64,000 nt of DNA from Bacteroidota bacterium (GTDB lineage Bacteria > Bacteroidota > Bacteroidia > AKYH767-A > OLB10), in contig JANOAX010000059.1 in the NCBI GenBank assembly GCA_031411335.1, positions 3,071 through 67,070 on the forward strand, read 5' to 3'. A program made the translations under genes and the position numbers. The notes beneath the pieces were generated by a model that worked only from the letters and a program-made list of their open reading frames with translations, searched no databases and was not told the DNA's origin. This document shows, one piece after another, positions 9,537 to 19,557 of the stretch (positions are counted from its first letter, which is position 1; every line of letters begins with the position of its first letter).

Positions 9537-9665
9537 TTCAGAATTCAGAATTCAGAATTAGTAATTCTGAATGTAGAGTTTAGAATGCGAAATTTGGAAT
9601 GTCGAATGAAAAATTTGGAATTAGGGTAGTTTGAGGCTGGATAATTGATATTTGATATTTGATAT
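9537..9665 (+). repeat. Degenerate heptamer array (12 x TnnnGAA-type, 9537-9620) plus three perfect TTGATAT heptamers (9645-9665) that run into the ytxJ start codon
   Basis: Read directly: TTCAGAA x3, TTAGTAA, TTCTGAA, TGTAGAG, TTTAGAA, TGCGAAA, TTTGGAA, TGTCGAA, TGAAAAA, TTTGGAA, then TTGATAT x3. Confidence 0.8.
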
Positions 9666-9999
9666 GAAAAACTGGAAAACGATTACGAGTGAAGAGGATG
9701 TTCGAAAAATAATTGATGCTTCTGTACTCAAAACACAAATTATTTTCAAAGATAGTCTGAGTTGCGGCATTAGTGCATATGCAAAAGAAAGGTTAGCAGA
9801 TGGCTCGAGTTTGCTTGCCCAAAAATCCGAATTCAATTATTTGGATTTATTACAATATCGCGCTATATCTAATTTTATATCCAATGAATTCGGCATTACT
9901 CATCAATCCCCACAAATCATTGTCATCAAAGATAAAAAAGTAGTTTATCGCGATTCACATCATTCGATTCAGCCAGAGAAGATACTGAAATATTTATAA
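9664..9999 (+). CDS. ytxJ: YtxJ-like monothiol thioredoxin-fold protein (bacillithiol-system redox protein family)
   Basis: About 111 aa from the ATG at 9664. W..I.SEEDV start, single-Cys motif SCGIS (compare TCPIS in YtxJ), and HQSPQIIVIKDKKVVY near the C-terminus. Confidence 0.65.
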   Translation: MKNWKTITSEEDVRKIIDASVLKTQIIFKDSLSCGISAYAKERLADGSSLLAQKSEFNYLDLLQYRAISNFISNEFGITHQSPQIIVIKDKKVVYRDSHHSIQPEKILKYL

Positions 10000-10001
10000 A
10001 A

Positions 10002-11258
10002 ATGAAACCCATTTTACTACTCATCTTTTTTTTGCTTCAACTTCAGCTTAGTTATTCTCAACTTAATACTAAAATTAATTGGGGAGAGGACATAGCTTTC
10101 CTTGCCAAAGAATTACCAAATAGACATTTTGATTTTTTTACTAAGAAATCAAAAAAAGTATTTGATGCTGGACTTGAAAACATTAAAAAAAATAAAGATT
10201 CGTTATCTGACTTAGCAATTGCGATCAAGTTGCAACAATTCATTGCCAGTTTTGGTGATTCACATACAAATCTCAATTTTTATCAACTTCTGGAGAAAGA
10301 TAAAATACTGCCTGTTAAAGCTAATTGGTTTAAAAATGGGTTTTACATTTTGCACACCACAGCCGAGAACAGCGCAATTTTAGGGAAACAAATAGTAAAC
10401 ATGAATGGAATTCCTTTCGCTACTATTGCAGATAGTTTAAGTACATTGTTTACCATCGATAACCAAGCAATGTTAAAAAACAATATTCCTAAACTATTTA
10501 CTAGCATTCAACTTCTACAGCATTTTGGTTTTGCACAAGGGAATGAAATTGTATTGGGATTAAGAAACAAAAAAGATGAAATTGAAAATCACATCATTCA
10601 TCCAGGAGAATTGACTCGTGAAAACAGAAAGCAAATCATTCCAGATCAAATTCCGCTTTGTTACTTAAATGAAAAATCCTTATTTATTGAGACTTATCAA
10701 GAGAAGGAATCACTTTATTATATTCAATATAATAAATGCTGGAGCAAAGAATTGGAATTACAATATGGAAAAGCAGAAAATGCAGAAAAGATGCCAACTA
10801 TTGCTTCATTTGAAGAAAAGATTTTTCGAACTTTATCTTATGAGTATGTCAAAAAGATAGTGTTTGATATTCGATTTAACGCAGGTGGGAGTTCACCTCA
10901 AGGAACAGCGCTAATAGAAAAATTGGCTGCTCATCTTCAAAAAAATCCAGACATAAAATTATACGTTATTATTGGCCGAAACACTTTTTCATCTGCAATT
11001 TTAAACGCTATGGATTTTAAAAGATTGACCAATGCAATATTTATTGGTGAAGAAACGTCAGGAAAGCCAAATCATTTTGGCGAAGTGCAAAAATTTAAAC
11101 TGCCGAGTTCTGGAATCGCTGTCACTTATTCAACAAAATTTTTTAAAAGAACGGATGATGAATCCAAATCACTGAAGCCAGATGTATTATTTGAAACCAG
11201 TTTTTCAGACTTTGTAAATGGAATTGACCCCGCCTATGAGTGGGTAAAAAAGAAATGA
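10002..11258 (+). CDS. Secreted peptidase S41 family protein (tail-specific protease-like)
   Basis: Signal peptide present. DIRFNAGGSSPQG resembles the DLRxNxGG motif. IIGRNTFSSAILNA contains the candidate nucleophile Ser. IGEETSGKPNHFGE is also present. Confidence 0.6.
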   Translation: MKPILLLIFFLLQLQLSYSQLNTKINWGEDIAFLAKELPNRHFDFFTKKSKKVFDAGLENIKKNKDSLSDLAIAIKLQQFIASFGDSHTNLNFYQLLEKDKILPVKANWFKNGFYILHTTAENSAILGKQIVNMNGIPFATIADSLSTLFTIDNQAMLKNNIPKLFTSIQLLQHFGFAQGNEIVLGLRNKKDEIENHIIHPGELTRENRKQIIPDQIPLCYLNEKSLFIETYQEKESLYYIQYNKCWSKELELQYGKAENAEKMPTIASFEEKIFRTLSYEYVKKIVFDIRFNAGGSSPQGTALIEKLAAHLQKNPDIKLYVIIGRNTFSSAILNAMDFKRLTNAIFIGEETSGKPNHFGEVQKFKLPSSGIAVTYSTKFFKRTDDESKSLKPDVLFETSFSDFVNGIDPAYEWVKKK

Positions 11259-11496
11259 TGAATATGTTTTTTTGTCAATCCATTTAATTATTAATTTACC
11301 TTGCTAGTAGTAAATGACTAACAAAATGCTCGAAATAAACTTTTCAATGATTTAAATAATGCATTATCAAGTGGGTAGTTAAATAATAAACTTTTCAAAT
11401 TGGCTTATTTTCACTACTTTCGAGGTTCGACTCCAACACTAAAAATTGGAGTAAGCGCTTAGCCCATCTTCCAAAAACCAGCCTCTACTAAAGTTC

Positions 11497-12984
11497 ATGA
11501 AACACAAACACAACCTACTTCTCATTTTATCTGTATTATTTTTAACCAATAGCAAAGCTCAAACACCTGCCGGAAACAGCTTTGAAATTGATTATCCGAG
11601 TTGGAATGCCGGAACACAACCTCCAGTTTACTGGAATTGCGGCACTAATAATATATTGAATACAGGCAATGAACTAACGATGGAGGTGTGGGTGCGATTG
11701 TATAATTCCACTTGGAATCAGAAAGTAATGGGTAAAGTTACTCCCTCTTTCGACAATGGTTATTTGATGGGTGTGCAACTCGGACAAAATTATTCGGAGA
11801 TTTGGAATCCGGGATTAAATACAATTCAGGCGGGAAGTACTCCTGTTGATTCGGCATGGGTTCATTATGCAACAACATTTGGATCAGGCGGACAAATGCT
11901 TTGTTATGTAAACGGAGAACAAGTTGGTGGACTTCCTCTTACCAGTAGTGCGATTGCTACAAGTAGTAATCCTTTTATCATAGGAGTTGCTCCTTGGGAT
12001 TTGAGCAATTTCCAAACGTTCGGACAAATTGATGAAGTTCGATTATGGAGCGTAGTTCGTACACAATCAGAAATTAAATCAACCATGCATAAACAGCTCT
12101 TGGGCAGTGAGCAAAACTTAGTAGCATATTACGATTTTAACCAAAATACTGGCGGACTTCTTCCTGATGAAACTGGCAATGGAAATAACGGAACGATTAG
12201 TCCAGCTGCAGCATATTGGTCGTGGTCGTCTTCCTTTGCAGCGGTAGGAAATGATTTGATGTATGATAAGTCTGATGTTAACGGAGTATGGTTTGGAAAA
12301 GATGCAACATTGTACAATTACGTTACTGCTACCCACGGATTAAATATTATCGCTAATATTCAACCCAAAGCATTTGATTATGCTGTTTATGGGCATAATG
12401 ATTCAGTAGGTGTATCCACCTCTTGGTTGCCCGCAACAGCACCCTTTGATTTTAAACGCACAAGCAGAGAATGGTATTTTAACAAAGGCGGAAACATTGC
12501 TGCTGATTTATTTTTTAATCTTTCTACTGCAGCAGGAGGAAGTGATTCACTTGATAAAAATTTACCTCTTCAAAATTATACTTTGTTAGTTCGCGATTCT
12601 TCTACACAAGCGTTCACGCCAGCTGCAGCTGCATCTTCGCTTCTTGCTAATGGAACAATTGTAAAGTTCACGGGAGTGAATTTGCAAAATAAATATTATT
12701 GCATCGGTGTAGGAAGTACGGCTATTGCATCCATCTCACCTGAACCAATTTGGAGTAAATCAATTTCTCTACAACCGAATCCTGCTCAACAAAATTTCAC
12801 TCTTACAAGTATTTCCGATGCTAACGTTCAACTTTTTGATTTGTCAGGGAAACTTATTGCACAATGGAATGGAACCAATGAACAACAAATTTTTGCAATT
12901 CCATCCGTTGAAAACGGAAGCTATTTTGTACGCATTGCCAAAGGAACAGAATCGACCACTAAAAAATTAATTATTCAAAAATAA
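11497..12984 (+). CDS. LamG (concanavalin A-like lectin) domain protein with T9SS type A sorting domain
   Basis: Signal peptide present. LamG hallmark GQIDEVRLWSVVRTQSEIKSTM. C-terminus ISLQPNPAQQNFTL ... GSYFVRIAKGTESTTKKLIIQK. Confidence 0.75.
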   Translation: MKHKHNLLLILSVLFLTNSKAQTPAGNSFEIDYPSWNAGTQPPVYWNCGTNNILNTGNELTMEVWVRLYNSTWNQKVMGKVTPSFDNGYLMGVQLGQNYSEIWNPGLNTIQAGSTPVDSAWVHYATTFGSGGQMLCYVNGEQVGGLPLTSSAIATSSNPFIIGVAPWDLSNFQTFGQIDEVRLWSVVRTQSEIKSTMHKQLLGSEQNLVAYYDFNQNTGGLLPDETGNGNNGTISPAAAYWSWSSSFAAVGNDLMYDKSDVNGVWFGKDATLYNYVTATHGLNIIANIQPKAFDYAVYGHNDSVGVSTSWLPATAPFDFKRTSREWYFNKGGNIAADLFFNLSTAAGGSDSLDKNLPLQNYTLLVRDSSTQAFTPAAAASSLLANGTIVKFTGVNLQNKYYCIGVGSTAIASISPEPIWSKSISLQPNPAQQNFTLTSISDANVQLFDLSGKLIAQWNGTNEQQIFAIPSVENGSYFVRIAKGTESTTKKLIIQK

Positions 12985-13014
12985 TTTCAACTTACAATAC
13001 CATCTTCACAGACC

Positions 13015-16000
13015 ATGAAAACAATCTACATAAAAACCATTGCTATCTTCTTGCTATTTCTCTATTGCCAGCAAGCAAATTCTCAAAACCATCTCCACCT
13101 CGATGGAGCGAACGACTACGTACGTGTTACTTCTTATGCAGCGTTGCAAAGTGCTACCGCCGTTACTGTTGAAGCGTGGATCAACGCCGACACATGGAAA
13201 ACACCCATCTACAAAGGATCGGTGATTAGCACTGGAAATAACGTTGGACAAAATAACGGTTTCGATTTACGAGCTGCAGAAAACGGAACTGCTGAATTTA
13301 ATTTAAGCATTGCAGGTACTTGGGTAACGGCAACGTCTGCGCCCATTATGCAAACAGGTACATGGTATCATGTTGCAGGTGTATACTCCGGCGACTCCGT
13401 GATGATTTACATCAATGGTGTTTTGCGTGGACTCACTATTTATGCAGGAGGCATGGTGTCTTCACAAGGCTTATTAGACATTGGTGAATCACCGGGTTGG
13501 AATGGAAGATCTTTTGATGGACAAATTGATGAAGTTCGTTTTTGGAATTATGGACGATCGCAAAGTGAAATTACAAGTACCATTTGTTCTTCATTGACAG
13601 GTACAGAGCCAGGGCTAGTAGGGTATTGGAAATTGGATGCCACCACTGGAACTACGGCTGCAATAAATTCAGTAGTTGGAGGAAACAATGGACTAATAAT
13701 AAACGCTTCGATTCCCAATGTTTGGATTTCTGGTGATTATACATGCACCTTAAGCAGTCCTGACGTAGGTGCGTCAACGTTAGTTTCTCCTGTTTCAAAT
13801 TTTAATTTAACGAATGCAGAACAAGTAAGTGTCTCTATTAGCAATTACAGTACTAACCCCATCAGTGGATTTCCAGTAAGCTATAAGATTGGAAACAATC
13901 CATCAATAACTGAAACTGTTTCCGCCTCGGTACCTCCATTTGGTACATACACCTATAGTTTTACACAAACTGCCAACCTTTCCACATATCAGAATTACTC
14001 TGTAAAAACGTATACTGGATTAGTGGGTGATGTGACACCAACCAATGATACTATAGTTAAAACAGTAAGCAACTTCGCTGTAGGAACTAATTTCGGAATT
14101 AATTTCGATGGAGTTGATGATAAAATAATTATTTCCAATGCGACTGCGTTGAATCCCACATCAGCAATTACTGTTGAAGCTTGGATAAATGCAACCACTT
14201 GGGAAAACAATATTTCGGGTGGTTCCATTTTAGCAAAAGATGTTGATGCTCCCAACCGTGGCTATGTTTTACGCTGTGGAAACAATGGAAGTATTGAATT
14301 CATGATTTCGGATAACGGCTCTTGGAAATCGGCATCGTCTGCATCGGTGATGTTGACGGGAAGATGGTATCATATTGCCGGAGTCTTTGACGGAAGCAAT
14401 GTGTTATTATACATCAATGGAGAATTAATTGCTCGTACGCCTGCTACTTCAATTTTACCATCGCCTGTTAATTTAATCATAGGAGACAATCCTACTTGGA
14501 GCGGAAGATCGTTTAATGGTGCTATTGATGAAGTTCGCATTTGGAATATTGCTCGTTCGCAAAACGATATTATCACCAACATGTCTACTTCTTTTACAGG
14601 TTCGGAGACCGGTTTAGCCACTTATTATAAAATGGATGAAGGTTTAGGAATTTCAACTATCAACGATGCAACAGCGAATACAAATAACGGAACGCTTACG
14701 AATTTTGTTTTGTCAAATGCTTGGGTAAGTGGTTTTGAGAAAATGTTAAATGATGTAACTGTAATAGGAATTGAATCTCCCAACAATTTAATTGCTTTTG
14801 CAGGGGCAAGTCGATTAAAAGCGAAAATAAAAAATACTGGATTCAATACGCTTTCACTTATTCCGGTATCTTATGCAATCAACAATGGTCCCGTGTTTAC
14901 GGATACGATTACAGCAACATTACAACCGAATGAAACCTACACGCTGAGTTTTAATAAAGTGGAAGATTTATCAGCAATAACAACTGCGAATTATTCAATT
15001 ACTACTTTGCTCACTAACGATGCGGACCTACGAAATGACAATGCAGTTTCCATCTTAACTAAACCTACCAATGGAAATGTTTTAGTTGCAGTCAACGGTG
15101 TACAGCATGATTTTGCAGGAAATGGACAAACTAAGTTCGCAGAGGTAATCTTCCCTGAAGGGCCTGAAAAATGGAGTCAGATCATCATGCACATCTCGGT
15201 AAATTGTCCAACCACGGGTTGCGACCCTTGGGATCAAGCTGGAAAAATATCTCTATTCAAAGATGGAGCAGAATATGAACTGGGACGTTTTGTTACTCCG
15301 TATGGAAAAGCATGTGGGCCGTGGAATGTTGACGTAACTGATTTTAAATCTTTACTCGTAGGAAAACAAAAACTTCAAACCTTCATTCAAGTATGGGGTC
15401 CATCGGGTTGGTTATTGAATGTGAGTTTTGAATTCATTGCTTCTACCACTGCAAATCCATTTAATAAAATTACACCATTATGGAGTTCAGATTATCATAT
15501 CTATGGTGATCCAGGCATTCCGTATACACTTCCTAACTTCAGTGTTCCCATTGATGCAAAAAGTAATTCAGTTGCTACACGCATGACGATTTCTGGTCAT
15601 GGTCAAGGAAACACCAATAATGCGGCAGAATTTAGTCAGATGACACATCAATTAAATATTAATGGCGCTGCTACTTTCCCTCACTTCTTATGGAAATCAA
15701 ATTGTGGAACTAATACTTGCGCTAATCAAAGCGGCACATGGACATTAAGCCGTGCAGGATGGTGTCCGGGGCAAGAAGTAATTCCCATCATCAACAACAT
15801 CACCGGAAATATTACACCAGGATCGAATGCAACTATTGCGTATACACTTCAGCCTTATACCAATTTATTAAATACGGGATACAATGGAGGAAGTCATACA
15901 GAACCTTACTACCGCATTCATTCTTATTTAGTACAGAGTAGTGATTCGGCACAGGGCTTTACGGATTATTCGGATGCTAGTGCAACAAAAATTACGGCGC

Positions 16001-16560
16001 CAATTGGTTCGCCTACGTTGAGTGCTGCAGAAATTGTAAAAGCGATGGTTAGAAATACAGGATCAGTTCCTTTGACAAATCCACGCTTTAGTTATTTCCT
16101 AAATGGTGTTCGAATTGTGACGGATACATTGTTCATCACATTAAATCCAGGAGATAGTGTGGAACATACATTCTCACAAACAGCGGACATGTCTGTACAA
16201 AATGATTATACATTACATGCATTAATTACTTCCACTGAAGATGCCAATGCATCTAACGATGTTGCCACCAAAACTATTTTTCAAATTTCAAGTATTCAAG
16301 AAAATAACAATGAAATTGGATTACTCGTGATGCCCAACCCGAGCACAGGTAAATTCAACATATCTGTTTCAAGAGTAAGTGGAAAAATAAAAATTGAAGT
16401 ATATGACATCCAAGGAAAAGTTGTTTATCATAAGGATGAAAATGCTATTGGCAATCAACATCAAAGTGAAATCGATCTTACCAATTCACCAAAGCAGATG
16501 TATTTCATTCGTGTCATCAATGAGAAAGGAACACGTGTAGAAAAAATTGGAATTCAGTAA
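13015..16560 (+). CDS. Large secreted protein: 2 x LamG, CARDB-like modules, PNGase F-like core, T9SS type A sorting domain
   Basis: DEVRFWNYGRSQSEI and DEVRIWNIARSQNDI mark two LamG domains. CDPWD (15220-15234), GRFVTPYG, DVTDFKSLL (15331-15357), ISGHGQG..AAEF and RAGWCPGQ (15751-15771) resemble peptide-N-glycosidase F. C-terminus LLVMPNPSTGKFNISV ... MYFIRVINEKG. Confidence 0.75.
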   Translation: MKTIYIKTIAIFLLFLYCQQANSQNHLHLDGANDYVRVTSYAALQSATAVTVEAWINADTWKTPIYKGSVISTGNNVGQNNGFDLRAAENGTAEFNLSIAGTWVTATSAPIMQTGTWYHVAGVYSGDSVMIYINGVLRGLTIYAGGMVSSQGLLDIGESPGWNGRSFDGQIDEVRFWNYGRSQSEITSTICSSLTGTEPGLVGYWKLDATTGTTAAINSVVGGNNGLIINASIPNVWISGDYTCTLSSPDVGASTLVSPVSNFNLTNAEQVSVSISNYSTNPISGFPVSYKIGNNPSITETVSASVPPFGTYTYSFTQTANLSTYQNYSVKTYTGLVGDVTPTNDTIVKTVSNFAVGTNFGINFDGVDDKIIISNATALNPTSAITVEAWINATTWENNISGGSILAKDVDAPNRGYVLRCGNNGSIEFMISDNGSWKSASSASVMLTGRWYHIAGVFDGSNVLLYINGELIARTPATSILPSPVNLIIGDNPTWSGRSFNGAIDEVRIWNIARSQNDIITNMSTSFTGSETGLATYYKMDEGLGISTINDATANTNNGTLTNFVLSNAWVSGFEKMLNDVTVIGIESPNNLIAFAGASRLKAKIKNTGFNTLSLIPVSYAINNGPVFTDTITATLQPNETYTLSFNKVEDLSAITTANYSITTLLTNDADLRNDNAVSILTKPTNGNVLVAVNGVQHDFAGNGQTKFAEVIFPEGPEKWSQIIMHISVNCPTTGCDPWDQAGKISLFKDGAEYELGRFVTPYGKACGPWNVDVTDFKSLLVGKQKLQTFIQVWGPSGWLLNVSFEFIASTTANPFNKITPLWSSDYHIYGDPGIPYTLPNFSVPIDAKSNSVATRMTISGHGQGNTNNAAEFSQMTHQLNINGAATFPHFLWKSNCGTNTCANQSGTWTLSRAGWCPGQEVIPIINNITGNITPGSNATIAYTLQPYTNLLNTGYNGGSHTEPYYRIHSYLVQSSDSAQGFTDYSDASATKITAPIGSPTLSAAEIVKAMVRNTGSVPLTNPRFSYFLNGVRIVTDTLFITLNPGDSVEHTFSQTADMSVQNDYTLHALITSTEDANASNDVATKTIFQISSIQENNNEIGLLVMPNPSTGKFNISVSRVSGKIKIEVYDIQGKVVYHKDENAIGNQHQSEIDLTNSPKQMYFIRVINEKGTRVEKIGIQ

Positions 16561-16583
16561 TACTTAGTACATCTTATTATTTC

Positions 16584-16616
16584 AAACCCTCGACTGTAAC
16601 GTCGAGGGTTTATTAT
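16584..16616 (+). terminator. Intrinsic terminator after the LamG/PNGase F-like gene
   Basis: AAACCCTCGAC (16584-16594) pairs with GTCGAGGGTTT (16601-16611) and is followed by ATTATT. Confidence 0.6.
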
Positions 16617-16805
16617 TCTTGCTCATTCGAAAGAAAATCGCCTCCATTTCAACATAAAAAAGATCCTAATATTCAAGTCGAAAGCAGGCAAAAATAGACA
16701 ACAATTTCACATAAACATTACGCTATCAACAGATTACTTCATTTAAAATAACTGAGGTGTCTAACGGAAAAAATTCACGTACTTTGTAGTACATCCCTAA
16801 ACAAA

Positions 16806-18362
16806 ATGAAAAAACAATTAAACCACGCTCTGACACTTATTGTCATTCTCTTTGGAAGCCTACAATTAAAGGCACAAACTTATAATTATGTTGCCGATTC
16901 CACTTTTGATGGAAACGGATTGAAGAGTTTTATTTTCTTCAATAATATTGATCGCATGTACGGCTGCGACTTACAGGCTGACGAAAAAGTAGTGATGGCC
17001 GGATTAAGTAAAAACACAAACAATGGATCTTTCGAATTATGCATCGTACGATTAAATGTGGACGGTGCATTTGATAGCACATTCAGTGGAGATGGTATTG
17101 CATTTATCTCCATGGGGAATCAAAATTCTATTGGAGGCCAAACTCCAAAAGTAAAAATTGCTCCCAACGGTAAAATTGTAATTGCCAATACAGGATTCGG
17201 CACAGGCAGTCAGGATATTTTACTCTGCATGCTAGACACAAATGGTGTATTAGATCTAACATTTAATGGAACAGGAAGGTTGTTTGTTGATATGCTTGGC
17301 ACCAATACACAGCCGGATGTTGCAAATGCTTTAGACATCGATGCCCAAGGAAATATTTATGCAATTGGGGCAACACGCACCGCAGGTTCTCCTCTCGACA
17401 ATGATTTTGCAATTATAAAAGTAAATCAAAGTGGACAGTTAGTTACTACGTTTAGTGGAGATGGGAAACTCTTGATTAATCCAAACAACTTAGCTGATTT
17501 TGGTAGAGGGATTAAAGTACAAGCCGATGGTAAAATTGTTTTTGGAGGAAGTTCAGGCAGCAACATGATGATTGGTCGGATAGATACTACCGGCACTTTA
17601 GATAATACATTTAATACAGTAGGTTATGCCACTATTACTTTCCAACTAGCATCCGACATGGGCGCATTAACTTTAGATCAGAACGAAAGAATTGTTATAG
17701 CTGGAAAACTTTTAACTAGCAATAGCAATATAGCTACCGCACGTTATCGAAGCAATGGAACATTCGATCCTAACTATGGATTTAATGGAAAGTACGTTTA
17801 CAATATAGGTGGATTTGCAAATCACGTGAATGACATTCATATTCAATCAGACAATAAAATAGTACTTGCAGGATATGCAAACGATTCAGTTGGCATTAGC
17901 AAATTTGTATTATCAAGAGTAGATACAGCAGGTAGCATTGACATTTCATTTGGAGGCTTAGGATTTGCGATACAACCTGTTATTTCAGGAAATGTAGATG
18001 AAGTATGTAATGGAATGGCAGTGATGGCAGATGGAAGAATTATATTAACTGGAACTACCATCTACGTAGCAAATGTTGATGAAGAAGTTGCTGTATGTCG
18101 ACTAAAACCGGTATTAGTAACTGCATTAAATGAAATTGGAGAGGAAAATATTCTCAATGCATTCCCTAATCCATTTTCTAATGAAATTCAAATTCTCAGT
18201 AAAGAAAAAGGGATGGCGAGTTTAGTAGACTTATGTGGCAAAACCATCCAAACATTCCCAATATTAATTGGCATCAACAATATCTTTACTTCTGAAATTC
18301 CAACAGGCATGTACTTCATTCAAGTGGATGGAAAGCGTGCAGTAAAAGTGATAAAACAATAA
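16806..18362 (+). CDS. Delta-60-type repeat (beta-propeller-like) secreted protein with T9SS type A sorting domain
   Basis: A D..F.G.G unit recurs about every 55-60 aa (DSTFSGDGIAFI, DLTFNGTGRLFV, VTTFSGDGKLLI, DNTFNTVGYATI, DPNYGFNGKYVY, DISFGGLGFAI). C-terminus LNAFPNPFSNEIQIL ... GMYFIQVDGKRAVKVIKQ. Confidence 0.55.
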   Translation: MKKQLNHALTLIVILFGSLQLKAQTYNYVADSTFDGNGLKSFIFFNNIDRMYGCDLQADEKVVMAGLSKNTNNGSFELCIVRLNVDGAFDSTFSGDGIAFISMGNQNSIGGQTPKVKIAPNGKIVIANTGFGTGSQDILLCMLDTNGVLDLTFNGTGRLFVDMLGTNTQPDVANALDIDAQGNIYAIGATRTAGSPLDNDFAIIKVNQSGQLVTTFSGDGKLLINPNNLADFGRGIKVQADGKIVFGGSSGSNMMIGRIDTTGTLDNTFNTVGYATITFQLASDMGALTLDQNERIVIAGKLLTSNSNIATARYRSNGTFDPNYGFNGKYVYNIGGFANHVNDIHIQSDNKIVLAGYANDSVGISKFVLSRVDTAGSIDISFGGLGFAIQPVISGNVDEVCNGMAVMADGRIILTGTTIYVANVDEEVAVCRLKPVLVTALNEIGEENILNAFPNPFSNEIQILSKEKGMASLVDLCGKTIQTFPILIGINNIFTSEIPTGMYFIQVDGKRAVKVIKQ

Positions 18363-18483
18363 TGAGAGCATTATATTTATCGGTTTTTTCGAAAGAAAAT
18401 AACACAAATCGCGTAGTGACAAAATAAGAACGAATACATTACTTCTTCTTTATAAAATTTAAGAAGTAAAATGAAATGAAAAA

Positions 18484-19551
18484 ATGAACGTAAATACAAA
18501 AATCTCATTTACACAAAATACAAACAGTACTTTATCTGAAGTTAATTTCAATGAACTAGATTTTGGAAAACACATGTCGGATCATATGCTCCTTGCTCGC
18601 TATAAAAACGGGGCATGGCAGGAACCCAGCATTGTGCCTTTTGGTCCCATTCCCATGATGCCTACCATATTGGCATTGCATTATGGACAAAGTGTTTTTG
18701 AAGGAATGAAAGCTTTCAAAATGGCAGATGGAAACATTTCAATCTTTCGAATTAAAAAACATTTCGACCGATTACAACGTACTCTGGCAAGGATGTGCAT
18801 GCCACCACTTTCTTTTGAATTATTTGAAGAAAGTATTAAAGCAATAGTTGAAGTTGATAAAGGCTGGGTACCTGAACAAGACGGCAGTTCACTTTATATT
18901 CGTCCGCTCATCTATGCAACAGAAGAAAAATTTGGTGTAAAAATATCAGAAGAGTATTTGATGATCATCATGACGGGACCTGTTCCTCCTTTTTATCCAA
19001 AGCCATTACGTGTAAAGATTGAAGATCGATATGGGCGTGCTTCAATTGGCGGAACAGGTGCAGCAAAATGTGCTGGAAATTATGGAGGCGCATTCTTTGC
19101 GACTCAACTTGCTAAAGAAAGTGGATTTGATCAAGTTCTTTGGACCGACCTTAGCGAAGATTTAAATATAGAAGAGTCGGGTACCATGAATGTTTTCTTT
19201 TTAATAGATGGTAAACTTATCACCCCTCCACTATCCGAAACTATTTTAGAAGGTGTCACACGCGACTCTGTCATCATTATGGCTCGAGAGATGGGCATCA
19301 CAGTAGAAGAAAGAAAAATCAGTGCTAAAGAAATTCTAGCAGCTCACGAAAATGGAATTCTACAAGAAGCTTTTGGAGCGGGTACGGCTGCAGTAACAGC
19401 ACCCATCTGTGCCATTGGTCTCAAAGAAAAAACGATTGATCTTCCTCCTTACGACAGCAATAGTGTTTGCATGAAGTTGCAACAATTGTTAACCGCGATG
19501 CGCAATGGAGCTCTTCCGGATAAGTTTGGATGGAATACTGTGGTGGGATAA
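18484..19551 (+). CDS. ilvE: Branched-chain amino acid aminotransferase (class IV PLP enzyme)
   Basis: 355 aa. LHYGQSVFEGMKAF, SLYIRPL, AKCAGNYGG, EESGTMNVFF and ILEGVTRDSV are all typical of the IlvE type II subfamily. Confidence 0.9.
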   Translation: MNVNTKISFTQNTNSTLSEVNFNELDFGKHMSDHMLLARYKNGAWQEPSIVPFGPIPMMPTILALHYGQSVFEGMKAFKMADGNISIFRIKKHFDRLQRTLARMCMPPLSFELFEESIKAIVEVDKGWVPEQDGSSLYIRPLIYATEEKFGVKISEEYLMIIMTGPVPPFYPKPLRVKIEDRYGRASIGGTGAAKCAGNYGGAFFATQLAKESGFDQVLWTDLSEDLNIEESGTMNVFFLIDGKLITPPLSETILEGVTRDSVIIMAREMGITVEERKISAKEILAAHENGILQEAFGAGTAAVTAPICAIGLKEKTIDLPPYDSNSVCMKLQQLLTAMRNGALPDKFGWNTVVG

Positions 19552-19557
19552 AAAATC

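Noticed and set aside
11424-11452. tRNA-like T-loop sequence GGTTCGACTCC, suggesting a tRNA or tRNA fragment
   Set aside because: No acceptor, D or anticodon arms can be built around it. The T-stem would have only 2 bp. It is better read as part of a simple hairpin, ACTCCAA...TTGGAGT.
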